Assembly (NCBI RefSeq): GCF_001457595.1
Contig: NZ_LN831039.1
Coordinates: 2,580,001-2,612,000, forward strand
Length of the DNA stretch: 32,000 bases
Direction: 5' to 3'
Source: Mycolicibacterium smegmatis
GTDB taxonomy: Bacteria > Actinomycetota > Actinomycetes > Mycobacteriales > Mycobacteriaceae
The position numbers and the translations under genes were made by a program. The notes beneath the pieces are model-generated. The model saw only the letters and a program-made list of their open reading frames with translations. It was not told the origin of the DNA and ran no database searches. Shown here piece by piece: positions 9,640 through 19,413 of the stretch. Position 1 is the first letter of the stretch, and the number at the start of each line of letters is the position of its first letter.

Positions 9640-10584
9640 TCAGATCCGCCCGCCGGGGAACATGGTCTTGACCGCATCGGTGATCGTCTCGCGTGCGGTC
9701 GTGGCGTCTGTGGGCTGCAGCGCGCCGATCACCATGACGAAGCGGCGGTCGGGCCCGATGACGCCGGTGGACAGGTGCATCCAGTCCCCGCCGATGCAGC
9801 ACATCCACCCCTGCTTGACCGCGACGGGTTCGGCGTACAGACCGTCGGGGATGCCGAAGCGCTGCGGATAGACGCCGCCGGGTTGCGTGGTGTCCTTCGC
9901 CTCAGGAGTGGACTGCGCGAGATTGGACAGGATCACGTTGGCCTGTTCGGGCGGTAGCCCGCCGCGGCCGCTCATGAGCATGTCGTAGTAGCGCACCAGG
10001 TCGGCGGCCGTGCTCTTGGTGTTCCACCACCGACCGTCGTTGGGCGGCTTGGTCGAGGTCAGCCCGTAGCGGGCCGCCACACGCGTCACGATGGGGTCAC
10101 CGCCGCTGCGGTTCCAGAAGATCTCGGCCGCGTCGTCGTCGGAGGACCGCAGCATCACGTCGAGCATCTTGCGGTCGTCGGCGGACAGGACGGTCTGGCC
10201 CTTGGCCTCCTGCAGCAGCAGGTCGTCGGCGATGAAGAGCTTGACCACGGACGCGATCGCGATGCTCTGCTCGTTGCCGTTGGAGACCAGTTGCCCCGTG
10301 TTGCGGTCGAGCACCAGCATCGTGATGTCGGCGCCGGCGTCGGCGGCCTGGTTGGTGGCCAGCATCGCGCGGTCCTGCAGGCCGAGGAACGACGCGGCCG
10401 GTTCGTCGGGCGGCGCCTCGGGCAGCGGGGCCATGCCGCCCTGCGGCACGACGACGGTGAGCTGCGGCGCGTCCGGGGCGGCGAATCCGCCGTAGACCCG
10501 GGGGTCCTCGCAACCGGATGCGACCAACATCGCGATCGCACTGACTGCGGTCGCGGTGACCAGCCTCGACGGCCGCCCTCGCAT
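9640..10584 (-). CDS. lppW: LppW-like lipoprotein with serine beta-lactamase/PBP-like fold
   Basis: Lipobox LVASGC; SVVK (SxxK-like) in [17 protein letters not shown]; position between trmD and rplS as in M. tuberculosis. Convergent with trmD; the stop codons are immediately adjacent. Confidence 0.85.
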   Translation of the reverse strand: MRGRPSRLVTATAVSAIAMLVASGCEDPRVYGGFAAPDAPQLTVVVPQGGMAPLPEAPPDEPAASFLGLQDRAMLATNQAADAGADITMLVLDRNTGQLVSNGNEQSIAIASVVKLFIADDLLLQEAKGQTVLSADDRKMLDVMLRSSDDDAAEIFWNRSGGDPIVTRVAARYGLTSTKPPNDGRWWNTKSTAADLVRYYDMLMSGRGGLPPEQANVILSNLAQSTPEAKDTTQPGGVYPQRFGIPDGLYAEPVAVKQGWMCCIGGDWMHLSTGVIGPDRRFVMVIGALQPTDATTARETITDAVKTMFPGGRI

Positions 10585-10759
10585 TGCCCTCCTCCGACAT
10601 TCAGCGCATCCAGTGGACCCCGATCGGCACGGCAACAGCGGCGATTCGGACACTTTTCGAGTAGTCGAAGCCTAACCGTTACCCGATCGGGCCGCTTAGT
10701 TAGTCTCACTCATCGATTCGGCCGCAAAAGCCGGCTCCGGTGCAGGGCAGCGCACCGAT

Positions 10760-10788
10760 TTCACTGGATGGGGCCTCGTCTGGCACAA
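10760..10788 (+). promoter_or_regulatory. Candidate rplS promoter
   Basis: TTCACT (10760-10765), 17-nt spacer, CACAAT (10783-10788) within TCTGGCACAATTG, matching the element upstream of rpsP. Confidence 0.35.
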
Positions 10789-10917
10789 TTGAGCAGTTGT
10801 CTGCGCAGGACCGGGCTGAGTAGTGCCTGCCTGCTGCGAGATACACCCCGATACACCCGAAAGATAGCTTCGGCTGCGCCACCGCGCGTACCCGCGAACA
10901 ACAAGGAAGTGTCACCG

Positions 10918-11259
10918 ATGAACACGCTGGACTTCGTCGATCAGGCGTCGCTGCGCGACGATATCCCGACCTTCAGCCCCGGCGACACCGTCAACGTGCA
11001 CGTGAAGGTCATCGAGGGCTCCAAGGAGCGCATCCAGGTCTTCAAGGGCGTCGTGATCCGTCGTCAGGGTGGCGGTATCAGCGAGACCTTCACCGTGCGC
11101 AAGGAGAGCTACGGCGTCGGAGTCGAGCGAACCTTCCCGGTGCACTCGCCCAACATCGACCACATCGACGTCCTCACCCGTGGTGACGTCCGCCGCGCCA
11201 AGCTGTACTACCTGCGCGAGCTCCGTGGCAAGAAGGCGAAGATCAAGGAAAAGCGCTGA
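10918..11259 (+). CDS. rplS: 50S ribosomal protein L19
   Basis: [53 protein letters not shown] ... [21 protein letters not shown]; ATG at 10918. Confidence 0.98.
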
Positions 11260-11317
11260 GCGCTGAGCCTCACATGGTGGTGCGGCTGACGCAGGGCTGG
11301 TCCCTCCGCTCGCTACT

Positions 11318-12196
11318 GTGGATGCCGTGACCGGATCCACCGACTCCACCGACGCCTCGTCGGAGGACGCGCTCGACCACGATTCCGCTGGTGATTCCGC
11401 CGCGAATCCCGCCGACGAACCGCAGTCCCGGCCCGATCCGGAACAGGACGAAAAGCCCAAGCGCAAGCACGGTGCCTTGCGCGAGGGCGCCATCCTGGTG
11501 ACCATCGCGGTGGTTCTCTACTACGTGATGCTGACGTTCATCGCGCGTCCGTACCTCATCCCTTCGGAGTCGATGGAGCCGACGCTGCACGGCTGCAACG
11601 GCTGTGTGGGCGACCGCATCATGGTCGACAAGCTCACCTACCGATTCACCGAGCCCCGCCCCGGCGACGTCGTGGTGTTCAAGGGCCCGCCGTCCTGGAA
11701 CATCGGCTACAAGTCGATCCGCTCGGACAACCCGGTGATCCGCGGCGTGCAGAACGCCCTGTCGTTCATCGGTTTCGTCCCGCCGGACGAGAACGATCTT
11801 GTCAAACGCGTGATCGCGGTCGGCGGTCAGACGGTGGAATGCCGTGCGGCGACCGGTCTGACGGTCGACGGCAAGAAGCTCGACGAGCCGTATCTCGACC
11901 CCACGACGATGATGGCCGACCCGGCGATCTACCCGTGCCTCGGTAACGAATTCGGTCCGGTGACAGTGCCCGAGGACCGTATCTGGGTGATGGGCGACAA
12001 CCGCACCCATTCGGCGGATTCACGCGTGCACTGCACCAACCTGCCGGCCGACGCGCAGAAGGGCCTGCTGTGCACGGGTGACCCGACGGCCGGCACCATC
12101 CCCGTGGAGAATGTGATCGGTAAGGCGCGATTCATCGCCTGGCCGCCGTCTCGGTGGGGCGGTATCAGCGACGTGAATCCGCAGACATCTTCCTAG
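11318..12196 (+). CDS. lepB: Signal peptidase I
   Basis: TM segment then [57 protein letters not shown]. The start may be 11318 or 11327. Confidence 0.96.
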   Translation: MDAVTGSTDSTDASSEDALDHDSAGDSAANPADEPQSRPDPEQDEKPKRKHGALREGAILVTIAVVLYYVMLTFIARPYLIPSESMEPTLHGCNGCVGDRIMVDKLTYRFTEPRPGDVVVFKGPPSWNIGYKSIRSDNPVIRGVQNALSFIGFVPPDENDLVKRVIAVGGQTVECRAATGLTVDGKKLDEPYLDPTTMMADPAIYPCLGNEFGPVTVPEDRIWVMGDNRTHSADSRVHCTNLPADAQKGLLCTGDPTAGTIPVENVIGKARFIAWPPSRWGGISDVNPQTSS

Positions 12197-12206
12197 GAGC
12201 TGTCTC

Positions 12207-13025
12207 GTGCCCGGCTCGTGGCCGCCTCGAACCGTGATTCGGAAATCGTCGGGTCTGCGCACCCTGGAATCGGCGTTGTACCGCAACGGACTCGGTCCCG
12301 TCGCGGGGGTCGACGAGGTGGGCCGCGGTGCGTGCGCCGGCCCGCTCGTGGTCGCGGCCTGCGTACTGGGCCCCAACCGGCTGGAGAGCCTCGCCGCGCT
12401 CGACGACTCGAAGAAGCTCGGCGAGAAGGAACGGGAACGGCTCTTCCCGCTGATCCGCCGCTACGCGCTGGCCTACCACGTGGTGTTCATCCCGTCGCAC
12501 GAGGTGGACCGGCGCGGTGTGCACGTCGCCAACATCGAGGGCATGCGGCGTGCGGTCGCCGGCCTCTCGGTGCGGCCCGGCTACGTACTGTCCGACGGCT
12601 TCCGGGTGCCCGGGCTGTCGGTGCCGTCGCTTCCCGTGATCGGCGGCGACGCCGCGGCGGCGTGCATCGCGGCCGCGAGCGTGCTGGCCAAGGTCAGTCG
12701 TGACCGGTTGATGGTCGAGATGGAAGAACAGCATCCCGGCTACGGGTTCGCCGAGCACAAGGGCTACATCACGCCCGCCCACACCGCGGCGCTGACCCGG
12801 CACGGGCCGTGCGTGGAGCACCGGTACTCGTATGTGAACGTGCGGCGAGCCGCCGAGGCGACCGGTGTGCGCTGGGCCTCGGACCGGGTGGGCGTGCGCT
12901 GGTCCACCGAGTCGGCGGCCGAGACCGAAGAGGTACGACGGGCGCTTGAGGCGTTTGAGGTTGAGTGGGTTACGGCACCCGTGGAGCACGAGGGTGCCGC
13001 GTGCGCGAAGATGGGCAGTGGATGA
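12207..13025 (+). CDS. rnhB: Ribonuclease HII
   Basis: [67 protein letters not shown]. Confidence 0.95.
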   Translation: MPGSWPPRTVIRKSSGLRTLESALYRNGLGPVAGVDEVGRGACAGPLVVAACVLGPNRLESLAALDDSKKLGEKERERLFPLIRRYALAYHVVFIPSHEVDRRGVHVANIEGMRRAVAGLSVRPGYVLSDGFRVPGLSVPSLPVIGGDAAAACIAAASVLAKVSRDRLMVEMEEQHPGYGFAEHKGYITPAHTAALTRHGPCVEHRYSYVNVRRAAEATGVRWASDRVGVRWSTESAAETEEVRRALEAFEVEWVTAPVEHEGAACAKMGSG

Positions 13026-13101
13026 CCGCGCCGACAACAGACAAGCCAAGAGCAGACAATGTGATCAAGGCAGTGACCCTACGAGAAGGACAGCAGAGCA
13101 G

Positions 13102-13407
13102 ATGAGCGCCGAAGATCTCGAGAAGTACGAAACCGAGATGGAGCTCTCGCTGTACCGCGAATACAAGGACATCGTCGGTCAGTTCAGCTACGTCGTGGAG
13201 ACCGAACGCCGCTTCTACCTCGCGAACAGTGTGGAGCTCATTCCACGGAATGCAGATGGCGAGGTGTATTTCGAGCTCCGGCTGGCCGACGCCTGGGTGT
13301 GGGACATGTACCGGCCCGCCCGTTTCGTCAAGCAGGTCCGGGTGATCACGTTCAAGGACGTCAACATCGAGGAAGTGGAGAAGCCGGAGTTGCGGCTCCC
13401 CGAGTAG
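13102..13407 (+). CDS. DUF2469 family protein (Rv2901c-like)
   Basis: MSAEDLEKYETEMELSLYREYKDIVGQFSYVVETERRFYLAN; highly conserved actinobacterial small protein downstream of rnhB; ATG at 13102. Confidence 0.93.
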   Translation: MSAEDLEKYETEMELSLYREYKDIVGQFSYVVETERRFYLANSVELIPRNADGEVYFELRLADAWVWDMYRPARFVKQVRVITFKDVNIEEVEKPELRLPE

Positions 13408-13421
13408 GCCGGTGCCTGGGC

Positions 13422-14132
13422 CTACGCCTGGCCTGCGGTCTTCGGCTTGAGATGCTCGTCGAAGAACGCGAACACGCGCGTCCAGGCGTCGGTGGTGGCG
13501 GCCTCGTCGTAGCCGAAACCAGTGACGCGCAGCAGGGGCTGCGCGGGCAGGATGTTGGCGAAGCTGTGCCCGGCCGACGGGTACACCTTGATGTCGGCCG
13601 GGATGTTCTTGGCCTCGACGACCCGCCGCAGCCGCGCCGGCGCACCGATGCCGAGTGGGTCGCGGCGTCCGAAGCTCGCGACGATGGGGCACGATGCGTC
13701 GAGCGTCCGGTCGAGGTGACGGGGGAGCGGTGTGCCGTAGAACGGCGCGGATGCGGCAAAACCCTTGGGGCCCATGATGAGTGCAAACTGGCCGCCCGAG
13801 CAGAAGCCGACGACGCCGACGGTGCCGGTGCATTCGGGCAGCGACTTGAGGTGATCGCGCGCGGCGAGGATGTCGTCGAGCGCGCGGCCACGCTGGGTGA
13901 GCAGATCCCGGAACATCCGGGTGATGCACCGGGCACGGCCGCCGCGTGAGTACAGGTTCGGGGTGATCGCGAGGTAGCCGGCCTGCGCGACGCGTTCGGA
14001 GACCAACTCGTTGTCGGGGCCGTATCCGATCGCGTCGTGGATGATCACGACGCCCGGCCACGGTCCCGATCCGGTCGGTGTGCTCAGCAGAGCGTCGATC
14101 GGCCCGTCGGGGGTGCTGATGGTGATCGTCAC
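13422..14132 (-). CDS. Dienelactone hydrolase family protein
   Basis: Start at VTITISTPDGPIDALLSTPTG; PGVVIIHDAIGYG; nucleophile elbow GVVGFCSGGQFAL; C-terminal AGHSFANI histidine. Confidence 0.9.
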   Translation of the reverse strand: MTITISTPDGPIDALLSTPTGSGPWPGVVIIHDAIGYGPDNELVSERVAQAGYLAITPNLYSRGGRARCITRMFRDLLTQRGRALDDILAARDHLKSLPECTGTVGVVGFCSGGQFALIMGPKGFAASAPFYGTPLPRHLDRTLDASCPIVASFGRRDPLGIGAPARLRRVVEAKNIPADIKVYPSAGHSFANILPAQPLLRVTGFGYDEAATTDAWTRVFAFFDEHLKPKTAGQA

Positions 14133-14178
14133 CCACCCGAATGTAGCGGGCCGGCGATCATTTGTTGCCGTTCGCCGA

Positions 14179-15633
14179 TCAGGTGCCGCAGAAGGTGCGG
14201 TACGGACCGAAGTCCTCAGGCGCGGGCGCGGCGTGGGCCTCGAATCCGGCACGTTCGGTGAACGGGGTTTTCAGTGCCGTCATGAGCGCGGTGAGCGGCG
14301 CGAGGTCACCTGTGGTCGCCGCGGTCAGCGCGTCCTCCACCAGATGGTTGCGCGGGATGTAGACCGGGTTGACGCGATCCATCACATCCGGGTCGGGGTA
14401 GCACGCACGCCAGCGTGACAGCCACTCGTCGGTGAACGGCAGTGACGGCTGCGCGCCGCGCGCGACGCGGCCCAGGTCGCGGAACGCCGAGGTGTAGTCC
14501 GTGCGGGTCTGTTGCAGCAGCACCAAAAGATCGTTGACGAGCGCCGTGGCGGTCGTGTGGTCGACTCGGGCACTCAGCCCCAGCTTGGTCCGCATGCCCG
14601 TCGACCACGCCGTGTCGAACTGCTGCGGGAACTGCCCGAGCGCCGCGGTCACGAGGTGGACCGCGGTGTCGACATCTTCGGCGATCAGCGGCAGCAGGGT
14701 CTCGGCGAACCGCGCCAGGTTCCAGTGCGCCACCGCGGGCTGGTTGCCGTACGCGTAGCGCCCGCCGTGGTCGATCGAGCTGAAAACCGTTGCGGGATCG
14801 AACGTGTCCATGAACGCGCACGGCCCGTAGTCGATGGTCTCACCGGAGATGGTCATGTTGTCGGTGTTCATCACGCCGTGGATGAACCCCACCAGCATCC
14901 ATTGCGCCAGCAGCGACGCCTGCGCCGACACCACGGCTTCGAACAGCGCCAGATACGGGTTGTCGGCCTCGGCCGCCTGCGGGTGATGACGTGAGCTCGC
15001 GTGGTCGGCGAGCCGGCGCAGCACCTCGTCGTCCTTTGCGGCGGTGGCGTACTGGTAGGCGTACTGGAAGCTGCCGACGCGCAGGTGGCTGCTCGCGACG
15101 CGGGCCAGCACGGCACCGGGCTGCTTGGTCTCGCGCCACACGTCGCGGCCGGTCGCCACCACGGCCAGCGAGCGCGTGGTGGGGATGCCCAGCGCATGCA
15201 TGGCCTCGCTGACGATGTACTCGCGCAGCATCGGTCCGACCACCGCGAGCCCGTCACCGCCCCGCGCGAACGGCGTGCGCCCGGAGCCCTTCAGGTGCAG
15301 GTCACGGGTGCGCCCGTGGACGTCGGTGAGCTCGCCGAGCAGCAGTGCGCGGCCGTCGCCCAGGCGCGGGACGTAGCCGCCGAACTGGTGGCCGGCGTAG
15401 GCCTGCGCCACGGGTGTGGCGCCCTCGGGCACGTCGGTGCCCAGCAGCAGGCCGATGCCGTCGGGGCTGCGCAGCCAGTCCGCGTCGAGGCCCAGTTCGG
15501 TGGCGAGCGCGTCGTTGAGGACCAGCAGGCGCGGAGCGGGAGCGGGCTCGGCCTGCCATCCGATCGCCAGTTCCGGCAGTTCGCGCGCGAACCGGCTGTG
15601 CAGGGTGACGGCGGCATCCGAGGTGACACTCAC
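14179..15633 (-). CDS. selO: SelO/UPF0061 family protein (protein adenylyltransferase-type pseudokinase)
   Basis: [97 protein letters not shown]; C-terminal ..YRTFCGT. GTG start at 15633; the longer ORF-track start is unlikely. Confidence 0.95.
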   Translation of the reverse strand: MSVTSDAAVTLHSRFARELPELAIGWQAEPAPAPRLLVLNDALATELGLDADWLRSPDGIGLLLGTDVPEGATPVAQAYAGHQFGGYVPRLGDGRALLLGELTDVHGRTRDLHLKGSGRTPFARGGDGLAVVGPMLREYIVSEAMHALGIPTTRSLAVVATGRDVWRETKQPGAVLARVASSHLRVGSFQYAYQYATAAKDDEVLRRLADHASSRHHPQAAEADNPYLALFEAVVSAQASLLAQWMLVGFIHGVMNTDNMTISGETIDYGPCAFMDTFDPATVFSSIDHGGRYAYGNQPAVAHWNLARFAETLLPLIAEDVDTAVHLVTAALGQFPQQFDTAWSTGMRTKLGLSARVDHTTATALVNDLLVLLQQTRTDYTSAFRDLGRVARGAQPSLPFTDEWLSRWRACYPDPDVMDRVNPVYIPRNHLVEDALTAATTGDLAPLTALMTALKTPFTERAGFEAHAAPAPEDFGPYRTFCGT

Positions 15634-15683
15634 ACCGACGAGCCTACGGAGAGTGTGGGCGGTGGCCCACCCGGCGCGTGCCG

Positions 15684-16106
15684 CTACAGGCCGGCCAGGT
15701 CGTCGGGCACGTCGACGGCGTAGGACTCGAGCACCTCGAGCGGGACGACGTCGAGCGTGCGTTCGTGGGTCGCCGCGAGCACCACGGGCGCGGCGAAGCC
15801 GTCCTGGTGGGCCCGCAGCCAGTTGGCCGCGGTGACGCACCAACGGTCACCGGGCTTGAGGCCGGGGAACCGGAAATGCGGTGCAGGCGTGGACAGGTCG
15901 TTGCCGATGGACCGCTGATGTTGCAGGAACTCGGCGGTGACCACCGCGCAGATGGTGTGGCGCCCGAGATCGGCGTCACCGGTCGTGCAGCAGCCGTCAC
16001 GGTAGAAACCGGTCAGCGGATCGGTTCCGCATTCCTCCAGCGGGCCACCCAGCACATTGCGGTCCCGGCCGCGGTCCCGGCCGCGGTCCGGCGTGCGTTC
16101 TGGCAT
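15684..16106 (-). CDS. DUF2237 family protein
   Basis: [45 protein letters not shown] ... [14 protein letters not shown]; internal ATG at 16106. Confidence 0.85.
   Translation of the reverse strand: MPERTPDRGRDRGRDRNVLGGPLEECGTDPLTGFYRDGCCTTGDADLGRHTICAVVTAEFLQHQRSIGNDLSTPAPHFRFPGLKPGDRWCVTAANWLRAHQDGFAAPVVLAATHERTLDVVPLEVLESYAVDVPDDLAGL
16059..16091. repeat. Short 12-bp-period tandem repeat in the DUF2237 N-terminus
   Basis: GCGGTCCCGGCC twice followed by GCGGTCCGG; encodes [10 protein letters not shown] on the minus strand. Confidence 0.8.
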
Positions 16107-16179
16107 CTGCCCAGTATGTCCCGCGCTGCGCGCCCCCGAGCGGCAAACCCGCACAGCAGCGTGGGTTTTCATCGAACTC

Positions 16180-17796
16180 TCATCGGGCCGGTTCGGGGTT
16201 GGCGCTGCGATGCGTGTCGAGGATCAGCAGTGCGACGTGCAGCGAGGTCATCGACTCCCCGTCGTCGAGGTCGACGCCGAGGCGACGCTGGATGGCGGCC
16301 AGGCGGCTGTAGAGCGCAGGCCTGCTCATGTGCAACCGCTTGGCCAGTGCCGACTTGTTGCCTGCCAGTTCGAGATATCCGCGCAACACCGCCATGTCGT
16401 CCTCACCGTGGTCGGCATCGTGGATCAGCAGGCTCCTCAGCTCGGTCTCGGCGAAGGTCTGCACGCGTGGATCGTCGGACAGCAGCGTGATCAGACCCCG
16501 TAGCCGGACGTCGGAGGCGCGGACGAACGCGCGGCCCGAGAGCCGTGCGGTGCCCGCCATCGGCAGCGCGACCTCGGCGATGTGGGCGGCCTCGCGCAGG
16601 CCGTGCACCGCGTCGGCGAACGCGGTGGCGTTGTTGGCAACGGCCACAACAACTTTCGTGGTGACGCCACTGCGCGTGACGGACTCGCGCAGACCCTCGG
16701 CCAGTCGCGCCAGCGCGGCGTCGGCGGTCAGGTTGCGCCGCGGTGTCAGCGCCAGGACGAACCCGATCTCGCCGTCGCGCCGGATCGAGCAGATGGCGGT
16801 GTGGCCCTGGGACCGCACGCTGTGGGTGACCGCGTCGAGGATGCGGATGTTGCGGCGCTGGACGCCGACCGGGTCGAGCCGTTCGGCGGGGGCCTCGGTC
16901 CGCACCGTCACCGGCAGGTAGGGGCCGCCCGCGCGCAGGCCCAGCGCCTCGGCCCGCGCGGCGGCCTCGCGGTCATCGGCGATCCGGCCGCCGAGCACGT
17001 CGTCGATGAGGCCGCTCTGCGCCTGGTGTTCCAGGCCCGAGCGTCCCCGCTCGGCCATGCGGTGCAATGCCAGCGCCTGCGCGGCGCGTTCGAGCACGGT
17101 CTTGGCGCGCGCGGGTGCGGCGGGGGTGTGCGGAATGATCAGCCGTCCCCATTCCTCGGTGCGCGGGCCGACGGAGGTGGTGATCCACGGTTCGGCCATG
17201 GCCCGCGAGCGGCGCTGCCACTCGGCGAGCACTGCGGTGGCGGCCTCGCCGCGCGGCGAGATCGCGAGCACCTGGTGCGAGAGGTCTTCGAGCACCACCG
17301 ATTCGTTGATCATGTCCGCTGCCGCGCGCACGATGTCGGCCAGCGATGCGCGCCGCATGCTCAGATCGGTGAAGGTCTCGTGGGTGCGGTGTGCGAACGC
17401 GAGCTCCTCGTACTGGTCGGCGACGATCAGCCGGTGCACGGCCTCGGTGATCTCGACGAAGCGGGTCTGGCGGTGCAGCAGCACCAGGGGCAGGCCGAGG
17501 GACCGGGCGACGTCACTGACCCCGCGTGGGAGACGGGAGACGCGGGTTCCGAGTTCGACCACCAGGCCGACGGCGCCCGCGCGGGTCATGCGCTCCAGGT
17601 AGTCGTCCGGCGCCTCGGCCAGGCCCGCGCCCGTGGTGAGGACCAGCTCGCCGCCGTGGAGCAGACCGGCCAGATCCGGCATGTCGCTGACGTGGACCCA
17701 GCGCACGGGGCAGTCGAGGTTCTCGGCGCTGACCACCTCGGGGTCGCCGGCCTGCACCACGGGCAGGCCGATCACGTCGCGGACGGTCGGGATCAT
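16180..17796 (-). CDS. PucR-family transcriptional regulator
   Basis: N-terminal PucR-like domain (MIPTVRDVIGLPVVQAGDPEVVSAENLDCPVRWVHVSDMPDLAGLLHGGELVLTTG) and C-terminal HTH (NLAGNKSALAKRLHMSRPALYSRLAAIQRRLGVDLDD). Confidence 0.93.
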   Translation of the reverse strand: MIPTVRDVIGLPVVQAGDPEVVSAENLDCPVRWVHVSDMPDLAGLLHGGELVLTTGAGLAEAPDDYLERMTRAGAVGLVVELGTRVSRLPRGVSDVARSLGLPLVLLHRQTRFVEITEAVHRLIVADQYEELAFAHRTHETFTDLSMRRASLADIVRAAADMINESVVLEDLSHQVLAISPRGEAATAVLAEWQRRSRAMAEPWITTSVGPRTEEWGRLIIPHTPAAPARAKTVLERAAQALALHRMAERGRSGLEHQAQSGLIDDVLGGRIADDREAAARAEALGLRAGGPYLPVTVRTEAPAERLDPVGVQRRNIRILDAVTHSVRSQGHTAICSIRRDGEIGFVLALTPRRNLTADAALARLAEGLRESVTRSGVTTKVVVAVANNATAFADAVHGLREAAHIAEVALPMAGTARLSGRAFVRASDVRLRGLITLLSDDPRVQTFAETELRSLLIHDADHGEDDMAVLRGYLELAGNKSALAKRLHMSRPALYSRLAAIQRRLGVDLDDGESMTSLHVALLILDTHRSANPEPAR

Positions 17797-17809
17797 TTAC
17801 AAAGTGTAA
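17797..17809. promoter_or_regulatory. Candidate operator, perfect inverted repeat TTACA-AAG-TGTAA
   Basis: Immediately upstream of the PucR-type start codon, in the PucR/mmsA divergent intergenic region. Confidence 0.45.
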
Positions 17810-17818
17810 GCAGACGGT

Positions 17819-17841
17819 CGATCACGCATACACAGTGATCG
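17819..17841. promoter_or_regulatory. Candidate operator, perfect inverted repeat CGATCAC-N9-GTGATCG
   Basis: 7-bp arms in the same divergent intergenic region. Confidence 0.45.
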
Positions 17842-17906
17842 GCGCCGGAGAGGGTGCGGTGTCGCACAGTGAAAGGTGAAGTCGTTCGTCCCACGGAAGG
17901 TTTTAC

Positions 17907-19400
17907 ATGAGCACTGTCATCCAGCATTGGCGCGACGGCAAGGTATTTGCCGGTAGCTCGACCGCGACCGCCCCGGTGACCAACCCGGCGACCGGTGCGG
18001 TGACCGGTGAGGTCGCACTGGCCAGTGTCGAGGATGCGCGCGCGGTGATCGACTCGGCCGCCGCGGCGTTCCCGGCGTGGCGCGACACCTCCCTGGCCAA
18101 GCGCACGCAGGTGCTCTTCGCGTTCCGCGAACTGCTCAACGCCCGCAAGGAAGAGGTTGCGGCGATCATCACCGCCGAGCACGGCAAGGTGCTCTCCGAT
18201 GCGCTCGGTGAGGTGACCCGCGGTCTCGAGGTCGTCGAATTCGCTTGCGGCATCCCGCATCTGCTCAAGGGCGGGTTCACCGAGAACGCCTCGACCAAGG
18301 TCGACGTGTACTCCATCAGCCAGCCGCTCGGCCCGGTGGGCATCATCAGCCCGTTCAACTTCCCGGCCATGGTCCCGATGTGGTTCTTCCCGATCGCGAT
18401 CGCCGCGGGCAACACCGTGGTGGTGAAGCCGTCGGAGAAGGATCCGTCGGCCTCGCTGTGGATGGCCGAACTGTGGAAGGAAGCCGGCCTGCCCGACGGC
18501 GTGTTCAACGTCCTGCAGGGTGACAAGACCGCCGTCGACGAACTGCTGACCAACCCCAAGATCAAGGGTGTCAGCTTCGTCGGCTCGACCCCCATCGCCA
18601 AGTACGTCTACGCCACCGGCACCGCCGCGGGCAAGCGCGTGCAGGCCCTCGGCGGCGCGAAGAACCACGCCGTCGTGCTGCCCGACGCCGATCTGGACCT
18701 GGCCGCCGACGCGATGGTCAACGCGGGCTTCGGTTCGGCAGGTGAGCGCTGCATGGCGATCTCCGCCTGCGTCGCCGTCGGCCCGGTCGCCGACGAATTG
18801 GTCGCCAAGATCGCCGAGCGTGCCGCCACGATCAAGACCGGTGACGGCACCAAGGATTCCGACATGGGCCCGCTGGTCACCAAGGCGCACCGCGACAAGG
18901 TGGCCTCCTACATCGACGCCGGTGAGGCCGCAGGCGCCAAGGTCGTGCTCGACGGCCGCACCGTGATCGCCAACGGTGAGGAGGACGGCTTCTGGCTGGG
19001 CCCGACGCTGCTCGACAACGTCACCCCCGAGATGAGCGTCTACACCGACGAGATCTTCGGCCCCGTGCTCTCGGTGGTGCGCGTCGAGACCTACGACGAG
19101 GCGCTCGAGCTCATCAACAACAACCCGTACGGCAACGGCACCGCGATCTTCACCAACGACGGCGGTGCGGCGCGCCGCTTCCAGAACGAGGTCGAGGTCG
19201 GCATGGTCGGCATCAACGTGCCGATCCCGGTTCCCATGGCCTACTACAGCTTCGGTGGCTGGAAGGCCTCGTTGTTCGGCGACACCCACGCCCACGGCAT
19301 CCAGGGTGTGCACTTCTTCACGCGGACCAAGGCCGTCACCAGCCGCTGGCTCGACCCCAGCCACGGTGGTATCAACCTCGGCTTCCCGCAGAACAAGTGA
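17907..19400 (+). CDS. mmsA: CoA-acylating methylmalonate-semialdehyde/malonate-semialdehyde dehydrogenase
   Basis: NPATGAVTGEV, ITAEHGKVLSDALGEVTRGLEVVEFA, GSAGERCMAISACVAVG, YYSFGGWKASLFGDTHAHGIQGVHFFTRTKAVTSRW, a highly characteristic MMSDH C-terminus. Confidence 0.92.
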   Translation: MSTVIQHWRDGKVFAGSSTATAPVTNPATGAVTGEVALASVEDARAVIDSAAAAFPAWRDTSLAKRTQVLFAFRELLNARKEEVAAIITAEHGKVLSDALGEVTRGLEVVEFACGIPHLLKGGFTENASTKVDVYSISQPLGPVGIISPFNFPAMVPMWFFPIAIAAGNTVVVKPSEKDPSASLWMAELWKEAGLPDGVFNVLQGDKTAVDELLTNPKIKGVSFVGSTPIAKYVYATGTAAGKRVQALGGAKNHAVVLPDADLDLAADAMVNAGFGSAGERCMAISACVAVGPVADELVAKIAERAATIKTGDGTKDSDMGPLVTKAHRDKVASYIDAGEAAGAKVVLDGRTVIANGEEDGFWLGPTLLDNVTPEMSVYTDEIFGPVLSVVRVETYDEALELINNNPYGNGTAIFTNDGGAARRFQNEVEVGMVGINVPIPVPMAYYSFGGWKASLFGDTHAHGIQGVHFFTRTKAVTSRWLDPSHGGINLGFPQNK

Positions 19401-19413
19401 GAGACTGGCAAAC

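Noticed and set aside
10655-10670. Small inverted repeat TTCGA-GTAG-TCGAA upstream of lppW
   Set aside because: 5-bp arms built around the common TCGA tetramer are expected by chance in this composition, and I see no second copy.
12165-14136. Large overlapping minus-strand ORFs across rnhB/DUF2469 (12165-13049, 12970-14136)
   Set aside because: Translations are Arg/His/Pro-rich without domains; rnhB and DUF2469 on the plus strand are clearly real. The true minus-strand gene here is the dienelactone hydrolase, 13422-14132.
18245-18966. Small plus-strand ORFs inside mmsA
   Set aside because: Off-frame reads of a well-conserved dehydrogenase; no independent RBS or homology visible.
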